From the NCBI GenBank assembly GCA_000830275.1, contig CP010424.1:630001-662000 (forward strand): a DNA stretch of 32,000 nt, read 5' to 3'. A program made the translations under genes and the position numbers. The notes under the pieces are model-generated. The model had not been told where the DNA came from and ran no database searches. It worked only from the letters and a program-made list of their open reading frames with translations. Source of the stretch: an archaeon GW2011_AR10. GTDB taxonomy: Archaea; Iainarchaeota; Iainarchaeia; Iainarchaeales; GW2011-AR10. Below, one piece after another: positions 1 through 8,600 of the stretch. Every line of letters begins with the position of its first letter. The first letter of the stretch is position 1.

Positions 1-800
1 GTGAAGCCATTGCTTTCCTGTGGGCGGCAATGCAGACTGACTGCTCCATGCTAGTGTGTGGCAACACTGGCAGCGGGAAAACAAGCACACTGAACGCGCT
101 TTTCTGTTTTGTTCCAAAAGAGGAGAGAATTATTGTAACAGAGGAAACCCCTGAAATAAACCTGCCGCACGAACACATGGTAAAGCTCGTAACTGTTCAA
201 AACATTGGCATTGGCATGAGTGAACTCATCGAGAATACTTTAAGGATGAGGCCTGACAGGGTTGTTGTTGGTGAAATACGGAACAGGGAAGAAGTGAATG
301 CATTCATTGACACTCTCCTTGCAGGGCAGGGAAAGGGCTGCTATGCTACTTTTCACGCCAGATCCGCGAAAGAAGCTGCGCTGAGAATGAAGAAGTTAGG
401 AGTGATGGAAATGGATCTTGGGGCAGTTGACATTATTCTTGTTCAGAAAAGGTGGAATTCTGTCAGAGAAAAAAAGGTTTCAGCCGAAGGCCCATTTTCG
501 CAAACCTTTTCCCAAAAGGTTTCAGCCGAAGTCAGGCGCATCACTGAAATTGTTGAGGTCAGCCATTCAGCTGAAGGGCTTGAGTTGCGCACACTGTTTG
601 AATTTGACCACGAAAAAGGCATGCTTGTCAGAAAGAACAGGAGCTCAAAGGTGATGGAGAAAATGAAAATCACTTTCGGTTTAAATGAAAAGCAGTTGGG
701 GAAGCTGTTGAAGCAAAGGGAGAAAAGGCTTCGCCTGCTGCAGGCAAAAGAGCCATCATTGAAGGAATTCTTCGAGGAAATCAGCAATGAACCAGACTGA
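1..800 (+). CDS. Type II/IV secretion-family ATPase (FlaI/PilB/VirB11-like), C-terminal part; the 5' end lies outside the window
   Basis: The frame of ORF 30..800 stays open back to base 3 (..EAIAFLWAA-MQTD..), so the true start is upstream of the window. Motifs present: Walker A GNTGSGKTS, Asp box RIIVTEETPE, Walker B DRVVVGEIR, His box YATFHA. Confidence 0.9.
   Translation, partial: EAIAFLWAAMQTDCSMLVCGNTGSGKTSTLNALFCFVPKEERIIVTEETPEINLPHEHMVKLVTVQNIGIGMSELIENTLRMRPDRVVVGEIRNREEVNAFIDTLLAGQGKGCYATFHARSAKEAALRMKKLGVMEMDLGAVDIILVQKRWNSVREKKVSAEGPFSQTFSQKVSAEVRRITEIVEVSHSAEGLELRTLFEFDHEKGMLVRKNRSSKVMEKMKITFGLNEKQLGKLLKQREKRLRLLQAKEPSLKEFFEEISNEPD
472..531 (+). repeat. 18-bp perfect direct repeat (aaaaggtttcagccgaag) at 472-489 and 514-531, 42 nt apart, inside the ATPase CDS
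   Basis: Read directly from the sequence. The spacing is in frame (14 codons; protein reads KVSAEGPFSQTFSQKVSAE). The intervening DNA contains a 9-bp hairpin, aaacctttt/ccc/aaaaggttt (502-522). Confidence 0.9.
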
Positions 801-1590
801 ATGGATTGAGAGAAAGTTGTCAAAAGACTTAATGGAAGCCGGAATGAAGGTAAATGAAAAGGAATATCTTTCAAATGCATTCAAGTTTTCTTTGATTGCA
901 GCAATTTTTTTCTGGCTGGCTTGGAATCTTCTGTTCAATGAACTTTTTTTTGGGATTGCTGCAACTGCATTGTTCTTTCTTGCGTCTGTCTTGGTGTGGA
1001 TTTACCTGCCTGAAGCAAAAAAGAGAAAGCGCGCTGCACTGATTGAAAGGGATCTGCCGTTTGCTTTAATGCAGATGAGTGTTGAGCTGAACGTAAATGT
1101 TCCCTTCGAAAAAAGCCTGGAAAGGCTCTCCAAAGGAGGCTATGGCTTGGTTTCAGGGGAGCTGGGAAAAGCAATTGGTGAGGTGAAAGAAAAAGGGGCT
1201 TCGCTCCAGGAGGCGTTTATTCATGCAAGTGAAAGGAACCACTCTCACATGTTCCGAAGGGCACTGGCTCATCTAACGCAGGTGTACGAGCAGGGAAACA
1301 GAATCAAGGGCGAGGGGCTGAGGAGCCTGGCCAGAGAAGAGCTCGCACGGCAGAGGGCTAAAAGCAAGGAATTTTCAGGCAAGTTGGTAACGTATTCCTT
1401 GATGTTTATTGCCTTGTCGGCAATAATTCCTGCCTTGTTTCAGGCATTTATTGTTGTTGGCTCCACTTTCATGGAGCTGACGCTTTCACCGCTACAGGTG
1501 CTGCTCATTCCGGCGCTTGTTTTTCCACTGATTGATTTGGCGGTTTTGCAGCTCATAAGAAGCAAAACTCCAGAGTTCTTGAAAGGATGA
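787..1590 (+). CDS. T2SS-F/FlaJ/TadB-like pilus platform membrane protein (half-size, first of two)
   Basis: The start overlaps the ATPase stop by 14 nt. Hydrophobic helices flank a soluble T2SSF-like segment (DLPFALMQMSVELNVNVPFEKSLERL..GELGKAIGEVKEKGASLQEAF). Hydrophobic C-terminal helices are present. Confidence 0.75.
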   Translation: MNQTEWIERKLSKDLMEAGMKVNEKEYLSNAFKFSLIAAIFFWLAWNLLFNELFFGIAATALFFLASVLVWIYLPEAKKRKRAALIERDLPFALMQMSVELNVNVPFEKSLERLSKGGYGLVSGELGKAIGEVKEKGASLQEAFIHASERNHSHMFRRALAHLTQVYEQGNRIKGEGLRSLAREELARQRAKSKEFSGKLVTYSLMFIALSAIIPALFQAFIVVGSTFMELTLSPLQVLLIPALVFPLIDLAVLQLIRSKTPEFLKG

Positions 1591-1602
1591 GAGTGAAAGG
1601 AA

Positions 1603-2517
1603 ATGCTTGAGTTCTTTGAAGGCAGAGAATGGATGAAAGAATTTGAATCTGTTCTAAGGCAGAACAACTATGAAAAAGGGGTTAAGGGGTTTGTTAGGAG
1701 TGCAACAGTGCAGGGGGCAGTGCTTTTTCTTTTCACATTCAGCGCGCTACTGCTCACAGGACAAAATGAAGTATACATAATTGTTTTTTCTTTTGCAGCT
1801 TTTCTCGCTCCAGGAACTCTGAATTACTTATTCCAGCTCTTTGTTTTCGATTTGAGGAGGAAAAAAATTGAGGAATTGGTTCCTGATTTGCTGCTGCAGG
1901 CATCAATGCTTCCAGCAGGCACATCGCTTGAAAAAGCAATAGAGCGTTTTTCAAAGGCAGACTACGGCGAACTCAGCAGGGAATTCAGGAGAGCGCATGA
2001 AAGCATATTGAGTGGTGCTTCGCCGGAAGAAGCACTGGAAAAAATGAACAATAGCAACAGGTCAAAAACACTGGAGAGAGCAGTAAACCTGATAGTGCAG
2101 GGAATAAATTCAGGGAGCGAGGCAAGCCACGTGTTCAAGGAAACCGCTGAAGACATCCTTGAAACAAACAGCATTCTCCGAGAGCGCTCCTCTTCAATGG
2201 TAGTGGAAAAATACACTCTGCTCCTAGGCGGGGGAATAATTGTGCCGTTAATTCTCGGCCTGCTGGTTGGAATGGTGCATGAATTGAACTTTAATTCGTT
2301 GGCGGAACTAGGAATTGGTCTGCCGACGGAGCAGCGCGAGGCAGTAATGCAGGCAGCACTGCTTGCAAATCAACTTTACTTGGTTGAGTATGCAATTATT
2401 GCGTCGGTTTTTGTGGCTTTCCAGGAATCTGATTCCAAGAAGGCATTGCTGTATGCTGCCGTGCTTCTGCCATTGAGCTTTATCGCTTATCATGCGGGGC
2501 AGATGTTTGGCATTTGA
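1603..2517 (+). CDS. T2SS-F/FlaJ/TadC-like pilus platform membrane protein (half-size, second of two)
   Basis: Begins 12 nt after the previous gene. T2SSF-like segment: LVPDLLLQASMLPAGTSLEKAIERFSKADYGELSREFRRAHESILSGASPEEALEKM. Several TM helices follow. Confidence 0.75.
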   Translation: MLEFFEGREWMKEFESVLRQNNYEKGVKGFVRSATVQGAVLFLFTFSALLLTGQNEVYIIVFSFAAFLAPGTLNYLFQLFVFDLRRKKIEELVPDLLLQASMLPAGTSLEKAIERFSKADYGELSREFRRAHESILSGASPEEALEKMNNSNRSKTLERAVNLIVQGINSGSEASHVFKETAEDILETNSILRERSSSMVVEKYTLLLGGGIIVPLILGLLVGMVHELNFNSLAELGIGLPTEQREAVMQAALLANQLYLVEYAIIASVFVAFQESDSKKALLYAAVLLPLSFIAYHAGQMFGI

Positions 2518-2531
2518 AAGCAGGACAAAAA

Positions 2532-2654
2532 ATGACGTCCTCCCCTGCCTAAAGGCAGAGGGTATCCCAACATTTAATGGACGTCATGAACCCGTCAACG
2601 CAACACTTTGTCAAAAAGAAAACAGGTGTTTTTATTTCACTTGACAAAGTGTTG
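2532..2654. repeat. Two adjacent perfect inverted repeats: ATGACGTCC(2532-2540)/GGACGTCAT(2579-2587), and CAACACTTTGTCAA(2601-2614)/TTGACAAAGTGTTG(2641-2654)
   Basis: Read directly. The first pair is 9 bp with a 38-nt interior that holds a smaller CTGCC/GGCAG hairpin. The second pair is 14 bp with a 26-nt loop. Function is unknown (structured RNA, operator or terminator). Confidence 0.6.
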
Positions 2655-2686
2655 AAAAGATACCGAGACCAATAACCGCGACTTAA

Positions 2687-2974
2687 AAGCCGAGGCGCAC
2701 GCCTAACACTCACACATTATACCTAAAAAAGCCGGAGGAGCTTTCTGAGATATTATCCCCAAAAAGAATAGAACTGCTCAAGTACATAATCAGCAACCGC
2801 AAAAAAAACAGAACAATAAGTGAAATTTCCAAAAAGTTAAATAGAAAGCAGGAAGCAATAAGCAGGGACGCAAATTTATTGGTAAAGCACAATTTAATCA
2901 GGAAGATCCGACAAAAGCAGATGACCTGCTTGAAGGCCATTTACGGTTCCCTGCAAATAAGGTTGACCGCCTAA
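2687..2974 (+). pseudogene. Winged helix-turn-helix regulator ORF with no ATG/GTG/TTG start; possibly a degraded or frameshifted small archaeal regulator
   Basis: The open frame translates to ..THTLYLKKPEELSEILSPKRIELLKYIISNRKKNRTISEISKKLNRKQEAISRDANLLVKHNLIRKIRQKQMTCLKAIYGSLQIRLTA*. This is a typical wHTH layout. The only canonical in-frame starts are late (TTG 2879, ATG 2921). It was not called in the ORF track. The antisense ORF 2710..2940 looks like a shadow of it. Confidence 0.5.
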
Positions 2975-3083
2975 AGTAGTACCCCCAATCAAAATTTTTT
3001 TTAGAACCCGCCATGTTCTACATCTGAAAGCGATATCAAGGCAAGAATTAATAAGCAGTTTGCACTTTTTTTTATTGGATTTT

Positions 3084-3830
3084 ATGCCTGGAGCCATAGC
3101 GGAGTTTGTGGAGTTCAGCCCGAAAAACCTTAAGGGCTACACTATTATTGAGGGCTTTCCAGGTATGGGTTTGGTTGGAACAATTGCAGCCAAGTACATG
3201 GTTGAAAAAGTTAAGTTCAGGCTCTACGGTTACATTGATTCTGACATTTTCATGCCAATAATTAGGGTACACAAAGGCCTTCTAGTAAGGCCTGCAAGAA
3301 TTTATGTTCATGAAGAAAAAAAACTCGTTGTTCTGATTTCAGAGCAGGCAATTCCAAAACTTTACACAAACAGGCTTGCAAAAGAGGTTGTAAAGTGGAT
3401 TCAGAACAAGGGAATAACCGAGCTAATTTCCTTAAGCGGAATCCACGCATATAGTGAGGCGCCTGGCCAGCCAATAATTTATGGAATTGCAGCAAATGAG
3501 GAATCAGTGGACATGCTGAAAAAATTTAACCTTGAACTAATCCAGGATGGCATTACCACTGGAATAACTGCGATGATTTTAATGGAGCTCAAGAGAACAA
3601 ACATTAAAGGAATTTCAATTCTCGGGAATGTGAAGATTGCGGCAGATTACCAGGCCGCTGCAGAAGTGCTTAAAAAACTCAATGAACTGCTTTCACTTAA
3701 GATTGATGTCAAACCGCTGTTGAACGAGGCAAAAGAAGTTGAACGCGAGCTATTAAAGCAGTTGCAGACGACAAAGCAGACCAAGGACTCGGCGGAAAAA
3801 TTCGAGCCTAAGGCGCCGATGTATACTTAA
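3084..3830 (+). CDS. PAC2-family proteasome assembly chaperone-like protein (PbaA/PbaB-like)
   Basis: N-terminal GFPGMGLVGTIAAKYM motif typical of the PAC2 family. The C-terminus ..KAPMYT ends in a hydrophobic-Tyr-X (HbYX-like) tripeptide. ATG 3084 is preferred over TTG 3060 because the extension MHFFLLDF looks spurious. The AT-rich element ATTAATAA at 3047-3054 lies about 30 nt upstream. Confidence 0.75.
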   Translation: MPGAIAEFVEFSPKNLKGYTIIEGFPGMGLVGTIAAKYMVEKVKFRLYGYIDSDIFMPIIRVHKGLLVRPARIYVHEEKKLVVLISEQAIPKLYTNRLAKEVVKWIQNKGITELISLSGIHAYSEAPGQPIIYGIAANEESVDMLKKFNLELIQDGITTGITAMILMELKRTNIKGISILGNVKIAADYQAAAEVLKKLNELLSLKIDVKPLLNEAKEVERELLKQLQTTKQTKDSAEKFEPKAPMYT

Positions 3831-3840
3831 GCGGGAAAGC

Positions 3841-4716
3841 ATGCCTTCAAACGTGAAGATTGGAGTAATCGCAATTGTTGTTGTAATGGCTGCAGTGGTT
3901 GTTCTTCATTACCTTCAGCAGTCACAGGTGCCTGAATACATTGAAACCCCAAGTGGTGATGAGTACCTTCCACAGGATTACGTTGACCCGGCAACCGCCG
4001 GAGGCCCTGAAATTGATTTGAGTGAAGGAAGCGCTCCAAGCAATTGCGCGCAGCTTGAAGGCTTTGAAAAGGAGAGCTGCATTCATGCAAGTGCAGTCAT
4101 TCAAGGAAACCCTGAAACATGCAATTCAATTGAAAGTGTTTACGCAAGGGACAACTGCATTTTGGAAGTTGCTATAACAACTGGAAATGAGGAGGCATGC
4201 CCTCAAATTAGGTTTGGAAAAGAGGACTGCTTTTCGCAGATTGCACTGCAGGAAAACAGGCCTGAACTTTGCGAGAAAACAACAATTGAAAAGGATGTTT
4301 GCAGGAATGCAGTGCAGCAAAATGACATTTCCATATGTGACTCGCTGGGGGAAGGAAAACGACACTGCATGAACGCTTTCATTAAGCAGTGCCCTGATGA
4401 TGCCCCATTGGCGCAGATATGCTATAGGAGCCCTCCCGATATGACGCAGTGCGACAGCATAATTGATTTGCGCGGAAGCTGCTATGCAGACATTGCTCTT
4501 GAAAAAAACAATCCTGCTTTATGCGCTGAAATCGGGGAGTTAAGCAACGTGTGCTATTTCACGATAGCAATTAACACCCTTGATGCAGGCGTTTGCGAGT
4601 TCATGAGCGAAAACAGGGACAACTGCGTTGCAACAATCGCTTTTGAGACAGGAAATCCTTCTCTCTGCGAAAAGGCAGGAACTGAAAGGCAAAATTGTTT
4701 GGCTGACCTATCTTAA
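3841..4716 (+). CDS. N-terminally anchored, Cys-rich tandem-repeat surface protein
   Basis: N-terminal TM helix IGVIAIVVVMAAVVVLHYL. About 9 repeats of roughly 24 aa follow, with the pattern C-x(7-10)-C-x(3)-[IV]A-x(3-5)-[NDG]-x(3)-C, for example CNSIESVYARDNCILEVAITTGNEEAC and CEFMSENRDNCVATIAFETGNPSLC. Confidence 0.75.
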   Translation: MPSNVKIGVIAIVVVMAAVVVLHYLQQSQVPEYIETPSGDEYLPQDYVDPATAGGPEIDLSEGSAPSNCAQLEGFEKESCIHASAVIQGNPETCNSIESVYARDNCILEVAITTGNEEACPQIRFGKEDCFSQIALQENRPELCEKTTIEKDVCRNAVQQNDISICDSLGEGKRHCMNAFIKQCPDDAPLAQICYRSPPDMTQCDSIIDLRGSCYADIALEKNNPALCAEIGELSNVCYFTIAINTLDAGVCEFMSENRDNCVATIAFETGNPSLCEKAGTERQNCLADLS

Positions 4717-4722
4717 AAAACC

Positions 4723-4732
4723 TTTATAAATA
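4723..4732 (+). promoter_or_regulatory. TATA-box-like element TTTATAAATA
   Basis: Its 5' end lies 30 nt upstream of ATG 4753. This fits an archaeal leaderless or short-leader transcript. Confidence 0.4.
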
Positions 4733-4752
4733 ACTTGAATCCTAATTGTAGT

Positions 4753-5571
4753 ATGGCTTTATTCAGGCGAAGAGAAAGGGTTTCCCCCCTTACTGGCTTA
4801 AGGATGCACACCAGAAAAATAAAGCACCCTGGAGTTCAGGAGTATATGAGGCCACGCCGGATGCTGCCACTTTTTGAGCACCCTGACATGGTGGAAGTTA
4901 AAAGGGCCGGGCCGTTCATTTTCAAGAAACCAAAAGACGAGCAGGCAGCAAAAAAGCTGTTGCTTAACCCTGATACAATGATTGTGGGAGTGGACACAAG
5001 GTATGTTATTGACCCCCGGCAACTTGAGCTCGTGAGAAAAGAGTTTCAGAGAAGGCTGAGAATTACTTCTCCAGAAGAGCTGGAACGTTTGCCAAATGTT
5101 AAAATTTCTCCGGAAGAACTGAGCATGATTGAAGAAATGCAGGCAGACATTTTAAAAGTTCGTGGCTACTCTGGGGAAATTGAAAGAATGATGCAGGAAC
5201 TGGTTTCTGGCTTGTACCATTCAGGCCAAGCGCCGGGCTTTAAGTGGGTTAGAATGGGCCCAGTAAGGGAAAGGACTGTAAAAGTGCCGGTTGCCGGAAA
5301 AATTCCTGGCGTAAACTTTTTTGCAACGAAAATTGCAAACTATTTAAGCAGAACCCCTTATCTTGGCTCAAAACATATAATGCGCCCTCTCACTGAAGCA
5401 GAAAAGGAAAAAGTTGGAAGCAGGATTCAAGAGGTTGGAGCAGAGAGAGGGGAACTCATTGCCAAATGGGAGAGGGGAGGCATTGGCACGGATTTAATCA
5501 GAAGATACAGGGAAGAAGAACAGCGTGCAATGGACACGCAAATTGAAAAAAAATTCAAGCTTGTAAAATAA
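4753..5571 (+). CDS. Hypothetical basic soluble protein
   Basis: Long ORF with no TM segment and no motif I recognise. ATG 4753 (MALFRRRERV..) is preferred over TTG 4735 because of the TATA-like box at 4723-4732. Confidence 0.65.
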   Translation: MALFRRRERVSPLTGLRMHTRKIKHPGVQEYMRPRRMLPLFEHPDMVEVKRAGPFIFKKPKDEQAAKKLLLNPDTMIVGVDTRYVIDPRQLELVRKEFQRRLRITSPEELERLPNVKISPEELSMIEEMQADILKVRGYSGEIERMMQELVSGLYHSGQAPGFKWVRMGPVRERTVKVPVAGKIPGVNFFATKIANYLSRTPYLGSKHIMRPLTEAEKEKVGSRIQEVGAERGELIAKWERGGIGTDLIRRYREEEQRAMDTQIEKKFKLVK

Positions 5572-5612
5572 TGAAAACTAAAAGCAGGTTTTTCCTGAAA
5601 AAAACTGGAAAA
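5572..5612. terminator. Convergent intergenic region with oligo-T tracts on both strands
   Basis: T5 on the + strand (5589-5593) follows the stop of 4753..5571. A7 at 5598-5604 is T7 on the - strand, following the stop of the giant gene. Archaeal termination commonly uses oligo-T. Confidence 0.4.
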
Positions 5613-8600
5613 CTAATTTTTTTCTCTTCGAATGTAAACAAAGACCGCAATTAATGAAACAATGAAAAGTGCTAAAACAACAGGGTTTTCTGGAAGCGAT
5701 GGAAGGTTAAGCAGGCTCTTGTCGGTTTCCCCTACCTGCAGGTTAAGCACGTTGCCTGAAGCAGTTGAAGTTACCTCGTTGTTGGGGCCAACTCTTGCAG
5801 AAATGCCTTCGCGGAAAGCCTCAATCAAAGGCAGCAGCTGGGCGTTTTCAGCATACCACAAGCCTTTCTCCGGGTCATAATAGAATGCCCCGTTCCTTCC
5901 CTGCGCTGAAGTAAGAACCTCTGGCTTCTGCCCGTCGAAGGAAACTGTTGGAACACCGTTTTCTGCAGCAAAGTCAAGCGTGTGCTTTTTGCCGTTCTCG
6001 TCAATGAATTCAAGGCCATTTGGAGTGGCTCTTGCAGTTCCAGCAAAGTCTTGAATCTCGCCTGTTTCCTTATCTATTACCCTCAAATGGTCCTTGCATG
6101 CTCCTGTTTCATCTCTTTCCGAGCTCAGCACATACCTTTTGGTCGGGGTTTCAAATACTTGGAAGGGGCCGAATTTTTTTAAGGAAGTATTGAATGCAGC
6201 AACCTTTGCTTGGTTCGCGGGACTATTGGGGTCGCCTTCCACTTGGAAGTCAAGAGCTGGTTCCTCGCACTGGTTTTCAGGGTTAGTGGAGGAAGTCAGG
6301 TCAGTGTCAAGGCCCCTAACATCGTTTTGTTCAAGTATGCCCTGCTCGTGGTGCCTTAACCAAATAAGGTAACAGCCGTCAGGCCTTGCAACAATCATTC
6401 CATTCTTGAACTGGATTGACTTAAGCGAGCCAACTTCCGGAATCCCATCATTAGAGCTTGAGAGCGCAACATCATTGTTTGCAAGTACATTTATTGTTGA
6501 AATGTTTCCTACAGCAATTTTTCTTGGAACTCCTTCAGCGACAATCCTGTCACCTAATGGCCTGATGTTGGGGTGCGTAGTGGTTATAACGGAATTCACC
6601 AACCCAAATGTTGAGGTTAAATTGTTTCCCCCAACCAAAGGCAAACCAGTCTGCTGCATCACTCCATCCTGCAGGCACGCCCGCGCTTCAGGATGTGTTA
6701 TGAATGCCTCGCCCCTTGCATTCACCTGAATTGCAACATCAGCTGTTGGAGGCAAGCAGACAGTTGTCAATGTTCTTGGAACTTTTTTAGCTGGAATGCT
6801 TAGCTCAAGGTCATCTCCGGCCAACCTTGCTGCATCCTCGTTCTCTACAATAGGCTTTCCATCAAAGAGTATCTTGCCGTTCTCGAAATCAAAGTCAAGG
6901 CCTTTCCCTGTTGTTTTGTCTTTCACTGTTTCCTTTCCCTCTGTTTTGTATTCGCCGGAACTCATCTCGCAGCCCGGTCCACACCAGAAATAGAACAGCT
7001 TTCTTCCCTTCAGCTGGCCTGAGCTCTGACCTTGAATGCTCAAGCGTGCCTGAACAATGTTTTTTTCCTCGGAATCATTCACAAACTTTTTGATGTCATT
7101 TCCGATTCCTTCAACCTGCTCTTTGACCAATGAGTCTTCACTGCTGCCGCTGAATGCACCGGTTATCTGCTCGTTGAGGTTGCCAATAAAATTGGAAACT
7201 TTTTCAGTTGAAAGCTCCACGTTTCCTTCATCGTCCCTCTCCTCCATTGGAGGAACAAGGTAATGCACGAAGTAGCCTTCCTCAACATCAACGCAGTCCT
7301 GAAGCTTTGGAGCGTAAAGGGTTTGAATTGCAACAGTGCTGAATGCTCCAGGCCAGAAAAAGGTTGCGTAAGCCAAGGTTTCAATGCCGCCAAGCACTCC
7401 ACCAATGCCGCCTTCTTCAGGCAGGAATGGAGCAATTTTTTTTGCTGTGGCATAACCAGGCAAAGAGAACACTGCCTGCTTGCAGGTTTTTGGTTCCCCT
7501 TCGGGCTGCACGAATTCCTGGCCCCTGTCCCTTGCCTCGAATTCTTCCTGCTCGTTGCTCCAGGCATCATGCAAATCAATTCGTTCCCCTTCAATGTCCC
7601 CAGTGCTTCCCTTCAAGTCCATGTGGTGCGCGAAAGCAATCAGGGTTTGGCCTTTCTGCAAGGCATCCTCCGAGCGCGTGTCCTCAAGAATGTAGGCATC
7701 GAAAGGCCTGCCGACAACAAAGAAGGGGTTAAAGTCCTCCAAGTTGGCTGAATTCAATGTGACAAAACAGTCAACGCATTCATTGGGGCCAGTCAAGTAA
7801 AACGCAAGGCTTTCGGTTTCATTCCTCAGTTCCCTTCCTGAGAGCTTGTTGTAAAAGTCCGCAACAGGATTGAATTTATCGCTTACTTCATCAAGCACAA
7901 GCTTCCATGGAAGCTTGTTTGCAACCTGCACAAACAAATCGCCTTGATCAGAACCCTCATTTGCAAAGAAGTCAATGTATGCTTCAAAGTAAAGCGGCTT
8001 GTCTTGGAGCAGGAAGTCAACCTCGCTCCAAGTGTCTGGCAGCTGGTAAAGTGATAGGTCCTCAAAGCCTGCTCCTTTTTTGCTCCACCAGTAGCCAAAC
8101 GGGTAAACAGTCCACTTTGCACCGCCCTTGAACGAAAAATAGCTCCTTATTATTTCGTCTTCTTCTGCCGCAAGCTTGTCAAGCCAGCTCCAGTAGCGCC
8201 TTGAAACCCAGTTTCGTTCACGGAGAGTATTAAGCATTAAGTCAGTATTCACTTTTGACCTCAAAACGTTTGAACCAACCCTTGCGTTTGTCAATGCAGA
8301 TGAAAGCTCTTCCGGAGTAAGCACTTTAGAAGGCCCCCAGTTTCCTTGAACAATTGTAGGGTTGCCGCCAATCCTGTTCTGAATTAACGGAATGCTTGCA
8401 TCAGTGTAATGGATGTATTCGCCCATGTCGGTTTTTACCCAAGTATTGGCATAGCCTTTGGCCGCCCTTTCAAGGTTGCTGTAACTTAAGGCCCTAAACT
8501 CTGTTGTTGTGGCAGGGTCAAAGCCATAAAGTATGAGGTTTCCAAACTCGTCAGTTTCATAGGCGCTGCGGTACTTGTTTATCTCAGCCGTAAAGTTCCT

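Noticed and set aside
2710-2940. Minus-strand 76-aa ORF in the 2.5-3.0 kb intergenic region
   Set aside because: The opposite strand encodes a textbook winged helix-turn-helix sequence. The minus-strand product (MAFKQVICFCRIFLIKLCF..) looks like its shadow.
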